A stretch of 64,000 bases of DNA from Hadesarchaea archaeon (GCA_029259175.1 JAPDJH010000001.1:96001-160000), one strand, 5' to 3'; counted from the first letter of the stretch, positions 9,533 through 19,554 are shown. The notes: generated by a model not told the origin, from the sequence alone. Made by a program: numbers and translations.

Positions 9533-11200
9533 GTGATGGTGTTTGTGCTCTCTCGTGCCGAACGCGGTGTGAGCCCTGTCGTAGGGGCCGTCCTAGTCCT
9601 AGGCATCGTCAGCATGGCGATAGGGATATACGTTCAGCAAGTGGTTCCTGGATATCTGAAAAACAACGAGGCCTCGTTTATGCACGAAGCCCGCGATGCC
9701 TTTCTCCGTCTTCAATCCCTTATCCTGAACCACGAGAGCGGGGAAATCGAATTCCCGATGTCGGCAGATCCCGCACCTCTTTTTTCTCCCACACCACAAC
9801 CGAGCCTGATAGAGGTTCACCCTGCATGCTGGATAAAGCGAATACAGCCCACCGATGATGCTTATGTGGATGAAGGTAGCGCAAACACAAACTATGGAGG
9901 GGCTGAAATCCTCTCAGTCCGCTCCTATCAGTCTGGCAATCGATACGTGTTCTTAAAATTTGATGTGTCCAGCGCGATTCCCGATATTGATCCAAACAGT
10001 TTGGTTGAAGCTTGGCTGGTTCTTTACTGTGAAAACATCTCGAAATTCACAGGGTGGCCGTGGAACGAGCCCCCCTCCAGCTTCCCACAGTATGATGAAT
10101 TCTATCTTCCTGACCTTCCCCTAAAAGTCGAAGCATGTAAGGTCCTAGGCGACTGGGATGAATCTACTATCACGTGGAACAACAAGCCAGAGCTAGGGGA
10201 AACCATAAAAGAATCTGCATGGCCATACGCCGACAACCACACCATCAAAGACAACGAGGCTTGGTTCACGTGGGACGTGACCACCTGGGTGCGAGAACGC
10301 ATGGAAGCCGGCCAGCCGGTGAGCATATGCCTGAAACCTGCGTACGAAAACGCGACTCAGGAACGCTATGCCAATTTCTCAAGTAAAGAACGAGGAGGCC
10401 TTCCCGTAGTCGAGCCACCTGACGTGCCCGATCCCGGAGACAGCTTCAACGGCTATGAAACCGACAAAACCACTGGTCATCCGCCCTATCTCAAACCTCA
10501 CCTGACGCTCATATATGAAAACGGAGACGATCCCGGCCCTCCCGTCTCCGATGAGTGGGGACCCATCCTTGAAGATGGCTACATCCGGATAGAACTCCAC
10601 ACGTACGAGTACCCGGAGCATGACTTTGTCTTCGAATCCGGTGCCGTGCTTCAGCAACAGTGGGGACGCGCAAACACGATCATGATTTCTGATCCTGGGA
10701 TCCTCGCCGGAATGAGTCTAGAAGATAATGATGCAATCGTTGTAGTAGTCAACCGGTACCGGATTGTGAACTGGGATCGAATGGCGTCCACATCCGATGT
10801 GCGGGTGCGCGTGCGAGTGTGGGAAAACACGGATTACCGTATTGAACCGACAGATACGGATGGAGATGGAGACATCGACCCCAATCGGGAAAACCTGCTG
10901 ATAACCATTGTCACACCGTATGAATGGCCATGGAAATACTACCTGCGGGATAAAAGTTCTGAATGGAACTCCATGTACTGGAACGGTGGTCTAGCCGACT
11001 ATGTAGACTACTATTACGACACCTTGTGGACCAAGCCCAACTCGAGCCCTCCATCTGGAAACATCTGCGACTTTCAAGCAAAGCTTTACGTGGATAAAAA
11101 CACACGGCTGTACATATGGGGCCGGATCGAAGACCCGTCTGTAAAAGACATCTACTACTACGACCGCACGTTCGATGTGGAGGTGAAAATCGGTGTATAA
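9533..11200 (+). CDS. Large pilin-like protein with DNRLRE domain
   Basis: RG/VSPVVGAVLV signal; DDAYVD..NTNYG..YVFLKFD..WDESTITWNNKP..WDVT. Confidence 0.8.
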   Translation: MMVFVLSRAERGVSPVVGAVLVLGIVSMAIGIYVQQVVPGYLKNNEASFMHEARDAFLRLQSLILNHESGEIEFPMSADPAPLFSPTPQPSLIEVHPACWIKRIQPTDDAYVDEGSANTNYGGAEILSVRSYQSGNRYVFLKFDVSSAIPDIDPNSLVEAWLVLYCENISKFTGWPWNEPPSSFPQYDEFYLPDLPLKVEACKVLGDWDESTITWNNKPELGETIKESAWPYADNHTIKDNEAWFTWDVTTWVRERMEAGQPVSICLKPAYENATQERYANFSSKERGGLPVVEPPDVPDPGDSFNGYETDKTTGHPPYLKPHLTLIYENGDDPGPPVSDEWGPILEDGYIRIELHTYEYPEHDFVFESGAVLQQQWGRANTIMISDPGILAGMSLEDNDAIVVVVNRYRIVNWDRMASTSDVRVRVRVWENTDYRIEPTDTDGDGDIDPNRENLLITIVTPYEWPWKYYLRDKSSEWNSMYWNGGLADYVDYYYDTLWTKPNSSPPSGNICDFQAKLYVDKNTRLYIWGRIEDPSVKDIYYYDRTFDVEVKIGV

Positions 11201-12335
11201 GACCCTCATGCGTGCTGTGGGTGCTGGGCTGCTCCTCGCGCTGCTCTCCACCGGCCAAGTTGCTGCTTGGGGCCAAGCGGTTCACCACGACCAAGCCACC
11301 GATTTGGCGGAAGCCCTGCGGTCTACCCCGTCCATCCCTCAAGAAATAAGAGAGAAATTTGATACTGACACGATCTACGCTCTCTCGCTAGCCCCTGACG
11401 ACTGGAGGGATGTGACCGACACGTGGGGGACCTACCACTACAACATGACCGAAAACGCCTACTACGAGTTCCAGCGCATACGCGATGCGTGGGCTACTGG
11501 CGATTTCGACAACGCTGTTGCTCGGATTGGAATAGTGCTTCACTACGTGGGGGATGTCGTCTACGAGCCGCACAATAAGGGAATCAGAGACTGGTACGAA
11601 GAGTTCATACCCCCACTGGGGAGCGAGGCTCCTCTGTGGGGCTCAGGAGAGGGGGGTGGAATCTTCCTTCCCAACGAGATTCACCACAACGCCCACTACA
11701 ATCACCAAGTCGCTGAGGCCTACAGCGACTCGGACTCCAACTGGATACCCATCAAGCCCGAGAACTATGGACCAGACGACGATGGGAGCCTCGATTACTT
11801 CCTTAATCTGCTGTGGAAACCCAACACCTGGGACACGGACTACATCGATCCCTCAGACCCCGATTTCGGAGGGACTATTTTCGAGTGGTATATCGCAGCC
11901 TGCAACCCACACATTGATTGGTCCTCGGACGACCGGGAGGACAACCGCTGGTTCTACTGGCTAAAAACCCGCGACCCGACCATTCCGAAGCAGGACATAG
12001 ACAACACCATCCGGATTGTGTACAATGGGGTTTACCGTGCAATCCGGGATGGAGAGCGAACTAGGCTCGGCAATCCGTCTAATTTCGATACGGAAATCTG
12101 GCCATGGCCCACGGCCTCTCAATGGCTGAGCGTTGATGAGAGCTGGTATGGAGAGGGAATGGACACCATGCGGTACGCACACGGTATCTCGGGGGGAACA
12201 GAGCCGGCAACCGCTCAGAACACTCGAATGCCACTAAGTTCGCTCGCAGAATACTTGGAGATAGGAGGAGCTGTTCTTATCTCCATAGGACTTGCACTGT
12301 GGCAGGTAGAAAAACGGAAGGGGAGGAGAAAATGA
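11193..12335 (+). CDS. Zn-dependent phospholipase C / S1-P1 nuclease family, secreted and C-terminally anchored
   Basis: Mature N-terminus WG..H, APDDW, YHY, LHYVGD...PH, H...E; C-terminal TM. Confidence 0.7.
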   Translation: MYKTLMRAVGAGLLLALLSTGQVAAWGQAVHHDQATDLAEALRSTPSIPQEIREKFDTDTIYALSLAPDDWRDVTDTWGTYHYNMTENAYYEFQRIRDAWATGDFDNAVARIGIVLHYVGDVVYEPHNKGIRDWYEEFIPPLGSEAPLWGSGEGGGIFLPNEIHHNAHYNHQVAEAYSDSDSNWIPIKPENYGPDDDGSLDYFLNLLWKPNTWDTDYIDPSDPDFGGTIFEWYIAACNPHIDWSSDDREDNRWFYWLKTRDPTIPKQDIDNTIRIVYNGVYRAIRDGERTRLGNPSNFDTEIWPWPTASQWLSVDESWYGEGMDTMRYAHGISGGTEPATAQNTRMPLSSLAEYLEIGGAVLISIGLALWQVEKRKGRRK

Positions 12336-12805
12336 AAGAAGAGAAAGGCGTCTCGGTAATAGTCGGGGAAGTGCTCCTAGTGGGGATAATAGTGGCCGTT
12401 CTTTCTCTAATGGCTATGCAAATAATCGGCTCGTCGGCTCCCCAAGCGAGAACTTTGGATTTGGAGATAATCGTGGAAAACGCAGAACCTACCCCGGCCA
12501 ACAATTTGCGAGTAATCATATACCATCTCGGAGGAGATGCTCTCGGCATACCGGAAAAAGATGGTGACGAGTTCGGGGTGATCATAGGACATTTCGGGGC
12601 CAATTCTTGGGAAAACGAAGTCGCATGGAACAGCTGGACATTCTCAGAGCCGGAGGACGGATTCGAAATAGGAGAAAACGCGGTTGGATACGTGTCGTAC
12701 GTGGGAGCGAACGCAAACATAGGGGACACGGTATGGGTGACAGTAGTAGATTACAAAGCGGATAAAATCATTTACCACGACACGACCACCATCCAATCGG
12801 GCTGA
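12332..12805 (+). CDS. Archaeal type IV pilin
   Basis: ATG 12332; KG/VSVIVGEVLLVGI, YHLGGD. Confidence 0.85.
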   Translation: MKEEKGVSVIVGEVLLVGIIVAVLSLMAMQIIGSSAPQARTLDLEIIVENAEPTPANNLRVIIYHLGGDALGIPEKDGDEFGVIIGHFGANSWENEVAWNSWTFSEPEDGFEIGENAVGYVSYVGANANIGDTVWVTVVDYKADKIIYHDTTTIQSG

Positions 12806-12816
12806 GGAGGGAGGAC

Positions 12817-14799
12817 ATGCGAGTTGTAGATGAAAAGGGGATCTCCTCCGTGATTGGCTTCATTATGATTGCGTCTGCTACGATGATAGCCATCTCCGTC
12901 TATATTGTACAGCAAATGCCGTATGACTGGAAGGAAGACGAATACAATGCAATGCTCGAGGTAAAAAACGCGTTTTTAAAGTTGCGCGAAGTGATCCCGC
13001 GGCTTGACCCGGGGGATGTCGCAACGGTTTCTATACCGCTCGGGGCCCTCTCTCCCCATCCGGCCGTGGCTGGCAGCAGTGGGGGAGAGATAGAAATCAA
13101 GACCGCACGAAGCCTTACTGATGTCACAGGATTCGAAACCAACGCGAACGCGTTCAGTTGGTGGAGAGCGGTGGACACTTATGTAAAGGAAGCCTCACCC
13201 ACCTTTAACTACCAAAGCCCCGACTATGAAAACGAATATCTCTATGTTTCATCCACGCAGGGAAATCGAATATGGACTTTTCTGAAATTCGATCTCGCGG
13301 ATTCGGCTCTCTACGATAGTTATGACTACGAGTTCCGAGATGATGTGGTCATCCATCAGGCCCAGCTGATGCTCTACATAATAGACGCGGATCTCACGGA
13401 AACACCCACCGATAAACTTCAAGTGCTAGTTCCACAGCAGGTGGAGGTGTGGGGACTAGAAAACGACGCTTGGTGGGAAAACATCACCTGGAACGACGCA
13501 CAGAATATCCACGATCCTACTCGGGACGTGAAAATCGAGAACATCACCATCGACAGCGATGGGGAGTGGGCGGTGTGGGATGTCACCGATTTCGTGCGTG
13601 AAAAGTTCGAGCCGTTGCTCGGATGGGGAAAGTGGTACCAGACCAAGTGGTACACCAGCACGGGCACGGCCGAGGTGGGACGATTCAGCTCGGGTTATTA
13701 TAAATACCGGTCCAAAGATTCGACAGTGAACGACGGATCCTCTCTCACGGGTTCTGGAACTCTTACTTCCTCGGTGTTCGATGCTGGAGAGATAGTGTAC
13801 TGGAACTATGCACATTTTTCCTGTGATGGAGATCCGAGCGTTACAGTGTACTTTGACAATGACCCGGATCCGATAACTGGAGGAATTTCGTTCACACTTT
13901 CCGCGGGAAGCTCTTCCGGGAATCCGAATATTTATGCGCGATACGCACAGTACCAAGTTTCGCTGGGGGGAGCGGGCGATGAAGTGTATTCGGTTACCGT
14001 GGAGTACACCGCCCACCTCTCTTTCCTGCTGCGCGAACCGTGGAAGGACGGCCAGAGCCACACCACCACGCTGCAGACCCTCGCGTGCTTCAACTCGGGA
14101 GACAACTCCCGCGCCGAAGCGTATGGCTTTGAACCCAAGCTACGCATTGTCTACTCCCGAACATCGCGCGTGGGCTATGCAAAACAGGGATTGTTGGAAT
14201 TCGGATACGTCAAACTAAAAGGAAACACCGAATACTTCCCTGAAACCAACTACTGCTACGAAGGAGGGGCTGTATTCGTTGAAAGGGGGACCGGATGGTA
14301 TCAAACACTGATTGCCTATCCGCCCGACTTGGTTACCCTCGTGCCGACTGAGGAGAAGATCGTGGAACCGGATGGAAGTGTCAAGCGAGTGGCCATTCTC
14401 TCCGTCACGCGCTACCAAATCATGGAATCTTCTATCGAAGGGGAAAGTGTTGAAGCTTCCGGCGCCACAGCTCTGCGGGCGTCTCCTCAGAGCATCGAGT
14501 GGTTGGTGGAACCACCGGACGAGCCGAACACGGACGAAGTCACCATCACCATCATCACCGAGCATCCAAGCATATGGCGCGATGTGATGGAACAAATTGC
14601 TGCAGAGGTGAACTACGTTCTCTCTGGATACGAATCATACTACACCTATGAGGACTACACATCATATGATTACAGCACCATCAGCCTCACCATCCGCGGG
14701 GATCCCGGCGAAGGAGGAACAAAGTGGACGTTCAAATACTCTGAGAAAGTGGTGTGGCTCAAGGTATCCGCTGGAACGTATTTGGGAGGCAGAACATAG
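12817..14799 (+). CDS. Large pilin-like protein with DNRLRE domain, paralog of 9533
   Basis: KG/ISSVIGFIMI; DTYV...TFLKFDL...ITWN...WDVT; YEGGAV. Confidence 0.8.
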   Translation: MRVVDEKGISSVIGFIMIASATMIAISVYIVQQMPYDWKEDEYNAMLEVKNAFLKLREVIPRLDPGDVATVSIPLGALSPHPAVAGSSGGEIEIKTARSLTDVTGFETNANAFSWWRAVDTYVKEASPTFNYQSPDYENEYLYVSSTQGNRIWTFLKFDLADSALYDSYDYEFRDDVVIHQAQLMLYIIDADLTETPTDKLQVLVPQQVEVWGLENDAWWENITWNDAQNIHDPTRDVKIENITIDSDGEWAVWDVTDFVREKFEPLLGWGKWYQTKWYTSTGTAEVGRFSSGYYKYRSKDSTVNDGSSLTGSGTLTSSVFDAGEIVYWNYAHFSCDGDPSVTVYFDNDPDPITGGISFTLSAGSSSGNPNIYARYAQYQVSLGGAGDEVYSVTVEYTAHLSFLLREPWKDGQSHTTTLQTLACFNSGDNSRAEAYGFEPKLRIVYSRTSRVGYAKQGLLEFGYVKLKGNTEYFPETNYCYEGGAVFVERGTGWYQTLIAYPPDLVTLVPTEEKIVEPDGSVKRVAILSVTRYQIMESSIEGESVEASGATALRASPQSIEWLVEPPDEPNTDEVTITIITEHPSIWRDVMEQIAAEVNYVLSGYESYYTYEDYTSYDYSTISLTIRGDPGEGGTKWTFKYSEKVVWLKVSAGTYLGGRT

Positions 14800-14814
14800 A
14801 CGAATGGGAATCGG

Positions 14815-15117
14815 ATGAGCCAGCGCCAGGTTCTGAAAATTCTCAGAGAATTCGCGGCCCGAGAAAGACGAGAGAAAGGAGGAGAGGTGCGAATCTACCA
14901 GTTAAAACTCGCAACCGTGCTCAGGAGGGGGCCAATACCGGAGATGAGAATTCGAAGCAGAGGTGGGGCGTGCTATCTGGTAGAACTCCGCCAATCGAAA
15001 CAAACGAGGATATACTTCTTTGACGGAAATGGCCAAATGCTGGGAGCTGAAAACTACGGGCCCGAGGATCCCGAGCTGCAGCGCTTGTTAGACCACTATC
15101 GGCGGCTCCCGGGCTAG
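14815..15117 (+). CDS. Hypothetical protein
   Basis: 100 aa ORF directly after the pilin cluster; no motif recognised. Confidence 0.5.
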   Translation: MSQRQVLKILREFAARERREKGGEVRIYQLKLATVLRRGPIPEMRIRSRGGACYLVELRQSKQTRIYFFDGNGQMLGAENYGPEDPELQRLLDHYRRLPG

Positions 15118-15297
15118 AGCCTGCTTTCTCAGCCAAAGCTTCCGGATTTTGCGGGCGAGAATCCCATCCTCGATGACGAGTCCTCCGCGATAGCCGCACT
15201 CCGCACACTCGTAGAGAGCCAGCTGAGGCAGTCCGGAGGCCCACCCGATTCTGTCCGATCCGCACCGCGGACAGTAACGTCTTCGGGGTTCCAGCAG
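15088..15297 (-). CDS. Small zinc-ribbon protein (CTG start, missed by the ORF track)
   Basis: Manual translation LLEPRRRYCPRCGSDRIGWASGLPQLALYECAECGYRGGLVIED...; 4 nt after the stop of 15302..15967. Confidence 0.7.
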   Translation of the reverse strand: MLEPRRRYCPRCGSDRIGWASGLPQLALYECAECGYRGGLVIEDGILARKIRKLWLRKQALAREPPIVV

Positions 15298-15301
15298 ACT
15301 C

Positions 15302-15967
15302 TCAGACCTCGATGAGTTCTACACGCACCCGCTCATCAGGCGGGATCTCGATCTCTGCTGCGTAGCCCTTCGAAATCGGCCCTGGGTTGACCATTACCGT
15401 ACGGCCCAGCTTCTCCACGGCTCTGGCTTCGTGGACGTGGCCGCAAGCCAGCGCCAAGGGCTGTTTGTCCTCCACAAATTTCCTGAGGCTTTTGCTTCCC
15501 ACGTGAGCGCCCGATTCGAGCTCATCGAGTTTGGTGTTGTGCGGGGGGGCGTGGGTGACCAACACCCACCTGTAGTTGTCCTCGCACTGCAGTGCTGCAA
15601 GCTCCTCTAGGATCTCGGCTTCGGTGAGTTCGAATGGTGTCTTGAAGGGGGTGATGTTGGAACCGCCCAAGCCCATGAAGCTGACATCACCCACCTTGCG
15701 GCATTTCCCGTGCAGGTTGACCTCGTAGCGATCGAGCACCTGTAGGATATCTTTGGGGTCACAGTTGCCCGGCACGGAGAGAGCTGGCACACCGCTCTCA
15801 CGAACCAGATCGAGCAGACTCTCGGCCACGTCGATGGGCCCGAAGTTGGTCAGATCGCCTATGAGGAGAACACAGTCATAATCCCGCTCGAGGAGTTTTC
15901 TGAGATTGTGCTCCGCGGCAGACACACCGTGAAAGTCTGCAGTCACCAGAATCTTCAACTTGCCCAC
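15302..15967 (-). CDS. Calcineurin-like metallophosphoesterase
   Basis: DFHG, GDLT, GNCD, THAPP, GHVHE, NPG. Confidence 0.92.
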   Translation of the reverse strand: MGKLKILVTADFHGVSAAEHNLRKLLERDYDCVLLIGDLTNFGPIDVAESLLDLVRESGVPALSVPGNCDPKDILQVLDRYEVNLHGKCRKVGDVSFMGLGGSNITPFKTPFELTEAEILEELAALQCEDNYRWVLVTHAPPHNTKLDELESGAHVGSKSLRKFVEDKQPLALACGHVHEARAVEKLGRTVMVNPGPISKGYAAEIEIPPDERVRVELIEV

Positions 15968-16031
15968 CGAACCACCATCTGCGGCGGTGTTAAAAACCTT
16001 TGGCGGCTCTCCGGCGCCCGGCGTTAAGTTT

Positions 16032-16874
16032 TTAACCCCCTCGTTCGCGTGCTCGCTCCGACGCTCGCTCGATCGCGCGGTCCAGCCGACTGGAGAGAGA
16101 AGCCCTTCCGCTGATCTTCAGCCGCAGTAGCTTTCGGGCGAGCTCACGAATGGCACGGCTCGCGGCGCTGTTGGGATATGCGGCCACCACCGGGAGATTT
16201 TCGCGGAAGGCCTCGTCCACCGCTTTGTCGAACGGCACGACTCCCAAAACGCGTGCGATTCGAGAGGCCTTCTCGCTCCACTGTTCCCGGCGCGTGCCGC
16301 GCATCAGCTTGGAGAGGACGACTCCGAGCGGTTTCACGCCCATCAATTCTTCGAGTCCCCGGGCAGTCGCTAGAGTGGAGTTGATGGAGTCGTCGTTCGC
16401 CTCGCACACGTAGAGCACGCGGTCAGCCGCCGCCGTGAGAATGAGGTGCTCGTACGAGACGGATGCGGGCGTATCGATGAACACGAAGGAGAACTCGGAT
16501 CGGAGGTCCTCTATCATGCGCTCGAAAATCTTACGCACTCGTTCCATTCGGGATGATACATCTCCGTGTAAAGGAAAGAAGCGCCCACCGGCTGGCATCA
16601 CCGCGAGGTTCGGGTAAAGGAGCGAGCCGTCGGACGCCAGCTGGCAGGTGTAAACCGCGTCCCTCCAGTTCCGCTTGCCCGAGAGCACGTCGGCTAGCGA
16701 GGCCTCGCGGGCAGGACACAGCTTCAGCTCTACAGAGCGCACGTGCAAATCCCCGTCGATGAGGAGAACACGGTCGCGCGGTTTGAGCTGGGCCACCCAG
16801 ATGGCCAAACCCATGGCCACCGTGGTCTTGGACACTCCTCCTTTGGTCCCGACTACGGCTATGACCGCACCCAT
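16032..16874 (-). CDS. MinD/ParA-family ATPase
   Basis: KGGVSKTT, LIDGD, IDTP. Confidence 0.85.
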   Translation of the reverse strand: MGAVIAVVGTKGGVSKTTVAMGLAIWVAQLKPRDRVLLIDGDLHVRSVELKLCPAREASLADVLSGKRNWRDAVYTCQLASDGSLLYPNLAVMPAGGRFFPLHGDVSSRMERVRKIFERMIEDLRSEFSFVFIDTPASVSYEHLILTAAADRVLYVCEANDDSINSTLATARGLEELMGVKPLGVVLSKLMRGTRREQWSEKASRIARVLGVVPFDKAVDEAFRENLPVVAAYPNSAASRAIRELARKLLRLKISGRASLSSRLDRAIERASERARERGG

Positions 16875-16880
16875 GGAAAC

Positions 16881-17249
16881 TCACACTGCCAAGTCGGGTC
16901 TCCTGTAAATTTGAACCCGGATGTCTGCGCGCCGGCTCACAAGCACCTTGCGAACGCCCCCCTCTTTCACGTCCTTCCGGTACACGAGGCCTGCGCGCTC
17001 CAGAATCCGGAGGTGGTGGAGCACGCGGCTCACATCCATGCGCTTGCCCGTGCTTCGCTCCAGAGATCGAACGAGCTCGGACTGGAAGAGGGGGCCATCG
17101 TCTAGCAACTCGTACATCTGCCGGCGAAGGGGGTGCTGAAGAGCTCGAAAGATCGCGTATGGCTCGGAGACCTCTTTCCAGCCATCATCGCGCTTGAGTG
17201 CGAGCACCGGCTTTCCCGTTTTCTCGATGCGTCCGCCCATCCTGGTCAC
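16881..17249 (-). CDS. ArsR-family wHTH regulator
   Basis: FRALQHPLRRQM...VLHHLRILERAGLV. Confidence 0.85.
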   Translation of the reverse strand: MTRMGGRIEKTGKPVLALKRDDGWKEVSEPYAIFRALQHPLRRQMYELLDDGPLFQSELVRSLERSTGKRMDVSRVLHHLRILERAGLVYRKDVKEGGVRKVLVSRRADIRVQIYRRPDLAV

Positions 17250-17283
17250 CGAAACCTAACACGGCTTCACCCGAAGACATGGC

Positions 17284-17595
17284 AGGTCGGTTTCCAAGCT
17301 CCGCGGGGAGCGGAGCCCCCGGATACCAGGGATCTCCGGGTAGCCTCCGTCGCGCGCGACCTCATCGTGCACCAGACCGCTGGCCTGGTGCAGGGCGGTA
17401 AGCCCGCTTCCCGTGCTTAGCCCACGCCTCGGACTTCCACCGCCTTCATCCGGCGCGACACCGCGCGGGATCTCATCCGGAGATGAGCGCAGGGATTTAA
17501 GTCGCTTTGGGGGAGAGGTGCCCGAAAATAACCTTTCGGTGCGGTCAGGATTTATGAGGTTATATTGGGTTATCGGCAACTATCACTCACCTCCC
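17284..17595 (-). ncRNA. Putative structured ncRNA(s) or leader
   Basis: Dense array of GC-rich hairpins, with TATA-like boxes at ~17617-17624 and ~17496-17501 on the minus strand; the overlapping ORF is not protein-like. Confidence 0.35.
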
Positions 17596-17674
17596 CCTCT
17601 CCTTGGGCTCTCAGGGTTTTTATACCGGGTGGACGGGCGAAAAACAAAATTAGGCTTTCACAGAGAGTGTTAGG

Positions 17675-18490
17675 ATGCTCGGCGTGGGGCTAATCGGGTG
17701 CGGATCCATAGGCACGGCTTTGGCGAGAGCCATAGACCGCGGAAGGGCTGGAAACACCAGGTTAATGGTGGTGTATGACCTCAACCCCCAAGCGGCTAAA
17801 AAACTGGTGGCTGGTCTCAAGCAGAGGCCCAGAATCGCTCGAAGGGCAGATGAGGTCTATCGCGATCGCCGTGTGAGGCTCGTGATAGAAGCCGCATCGC
17901 AGAAGGCGGTGAGGGAATTCGGGGAGCGCATCTTGCGGGCGCGAAAGGACCTGATCGTGCTCAGCGTTGGGGCCCTTGCGGACGGCTCGCTGAGAAAAAG
18001 GTTGGAGAAGACGGCTTTGAAAAACGGTTGCAAGATATACATTCCGTCTGGAGCCGTTGTCGGTATCGATGGTGTCCGGGCAGCCAGCATAGATCAAGTA
18101 AGCAGGGTGGTGCTCACGACGCGAAAACCGCCAAGGGCCCTCGCCAGAAATCCGCTGGTGGGGAAGGAAATTGTGAAGCTGAAGCGGCCGAAAGTGGTCT
18201 TCGAGGGACCCGCCCGGAAGGCTGTTCGAGCATTTCCGGCGAGTGTGAACGTTGCAGCGACTCTTAGCCTCGCGGGGGTTGGCTTCGACAAAACTTGGGT
18301 CAGGATAGTGGCGGATCCGAGTTTGAAGCGCAACGTGCACGAGATCCGGATCGAGGGGCGGGCCGGGCGAATCCTCACGCGAACCGAAAACCTCCCGATG
18401 CGCGAAGCACCGGGCACCAGCAAGCTCGCCGCCCTGTCCACCATCCGGCTGCTGCGCAATCTCACAGAACCAACATACATAGGGGCGTGA
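17675..18490 (+). CDS. nadX: L-aspartate dehydrogenase
   Basis: GCGSIG, EAAS, SVGAL, PSGAVVGID, FPASVNVAATL, NVHEI, TSKLAA; adjacent to nadC. Confidence 0.93.
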   Translation: MLGVGLIGCGSIGTALARAIDRGRAGNTRLMVVYDLNPQAAKKLVAGLKQRPRIARRADEVYRDRRVRLVIEAASQKAVREFGERILRARKDLIVLSVGALADGSLRKRLEKTALKNGCKIYIPSGAVVGIDGVRAASIDQVSRVVLTTRKPPRALARNPLVGKEIVKLKRPKVVFEGPARKAVRAFPASVNVAATLSLAGVGFDKTWVRIVADPSLKRNVHEIRIEGRAGRILTRTENLPMREAPGTSKLAALSTIRLLRNLTEPTYIGA

Positions 18491-18496
18491 TCCGGA

Positions 18497-19357
18497 ATGA
18501 ACACCCGAGAGCTGCTGCTGGAGATGATTCGCGACGACTTGGGCAGGGGAGACATCACCACCGAGGCGGTTATCGGTTCAGACGTGCGGGCTAGAGGATT
18601 CATTGTGGCGCGCGAAAGGGGGATGCTAGCAGGGGTCCGAGAAGCGTGCTCCGTCTTCAGGCTGGCGGGGGTGAGGACACGAGTTCTGAAAAAGGACGGA
18701 TCGGCAGTGAGGGCTGGGGACAAGATAATGGAAGTGAAAGGCAATGCGCGGAAAATCCTGCAGGTGGAACGTGTTGCGCTGAACCTGCTGATGCGGATGA
18801 GCGGGATAGCAACGGCAACGGCCGAGCTGGTGAGGCTGGCTAAACGTGCAAATCCTAGGGTTGTGGTGGCCGCAACGCGCAAAACCGCCCCCTTGCTCAC
18901 GCGTTTCGACAAGCGGGCTGTGGAAGTGGGAGGGGGGAGCCCGCACAGGCGGGACCTGAGCGAGCAGGTTCTGATAAAGCGGAACCACGTGCGGATAGTC
19001 GGGTCGATCGAGAGTGCGGTTCGATCGGCCAAAAAGGCGAAGCGTCGACCCATAGAGATCGAGGTTTCGACCGCTGAGGAGGCGCTGAGGGCCGCGCGTG
19101 CGGGCGTCGACATCATAATGCTGGACAACATGCGGGTCAGCGAAGTCAGGCGTGCAGTCGAACTCTTGAAGCAGGAGGGGCTCAGGGAAAAAGTAGTGCT
19201 AGAGGTCTCCGGCGGAATAAGACCGAACAACATCCAGCGATATGCGGCGACTGGAGTCGACGTGATATCCAGCGGCTACATGACCATGCGGGCTCCGGCT
19301 CTGGATATGGGGCTGGAGATAGTGGCTGCCTCGCGCTCTACAAATCTGTCGAAATGA
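18497..19357 (+). CDS. nadC: Quinolinate phosphoribosyltransferase
   Basis: GDITT, ERVALN, TRKT, HR, IEIEV, IMLDN, EVSGGI. Confidence 0.95.
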   Translation: MNTRELLLEMIRDDLGRGDITTEAVIGSDVRARGFIVARERGMLAGVREACSVFRLAGVRTRVLKKDGSAVRAGDKIMEVKGNARKILQVERVALNLLMRMSGIATATAELVRLAKRANPRVVVAATRKTAPLLTRFDKRAVEVGGGSPHRRDLSEQVLIKRNHVRIVGSIESAVRSAKKAKRRPIEIEVSTAEEALRAARAGVDIIMLDNMRVSEVRRAVELLKQEGLREKVVLEVSGGIRPNNIQRYAATGVDVISSGYMTMRAPALDMGLEIVAASRSTNLSK

Positions 19358-19408
19358 TCGCAAAAACGATGGGGCACATTTATATGCCTCCCTTTGCGAT
19401 TCTTAATT

Positions 19409-19475
19409 GGCGATCGGCACCCGGTCGCCTCGGTCCCCGCCCCCTCTTTGTGGGGACCGGTCCCCCTCCCCTTTC
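19409..19475 (+). ncRNA. Putative two-hairpin small RNA
   Basis: ggcgatcgg/ccggtcgcc and cggtccccgc/gtggggaccg stems starting ~25 nt after tttatat (19378), then a pyrimidine tract. Confidence 0.3.
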
Positions 19476-19554
19476 CCAATACTTTCAGTGGGTTCTCCGG
19501 AAAGGAACTAGTATAGCGAAAATCATATTCTAAATCGGTGAAGGAGCGGAACCG

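Noticed and set aside
17394-17444. RNase P RNA call
   Set aside because: P4-like strands are too close together and the P2/P3 and other conserved regions are not evident; kept only as unknown structured RNA
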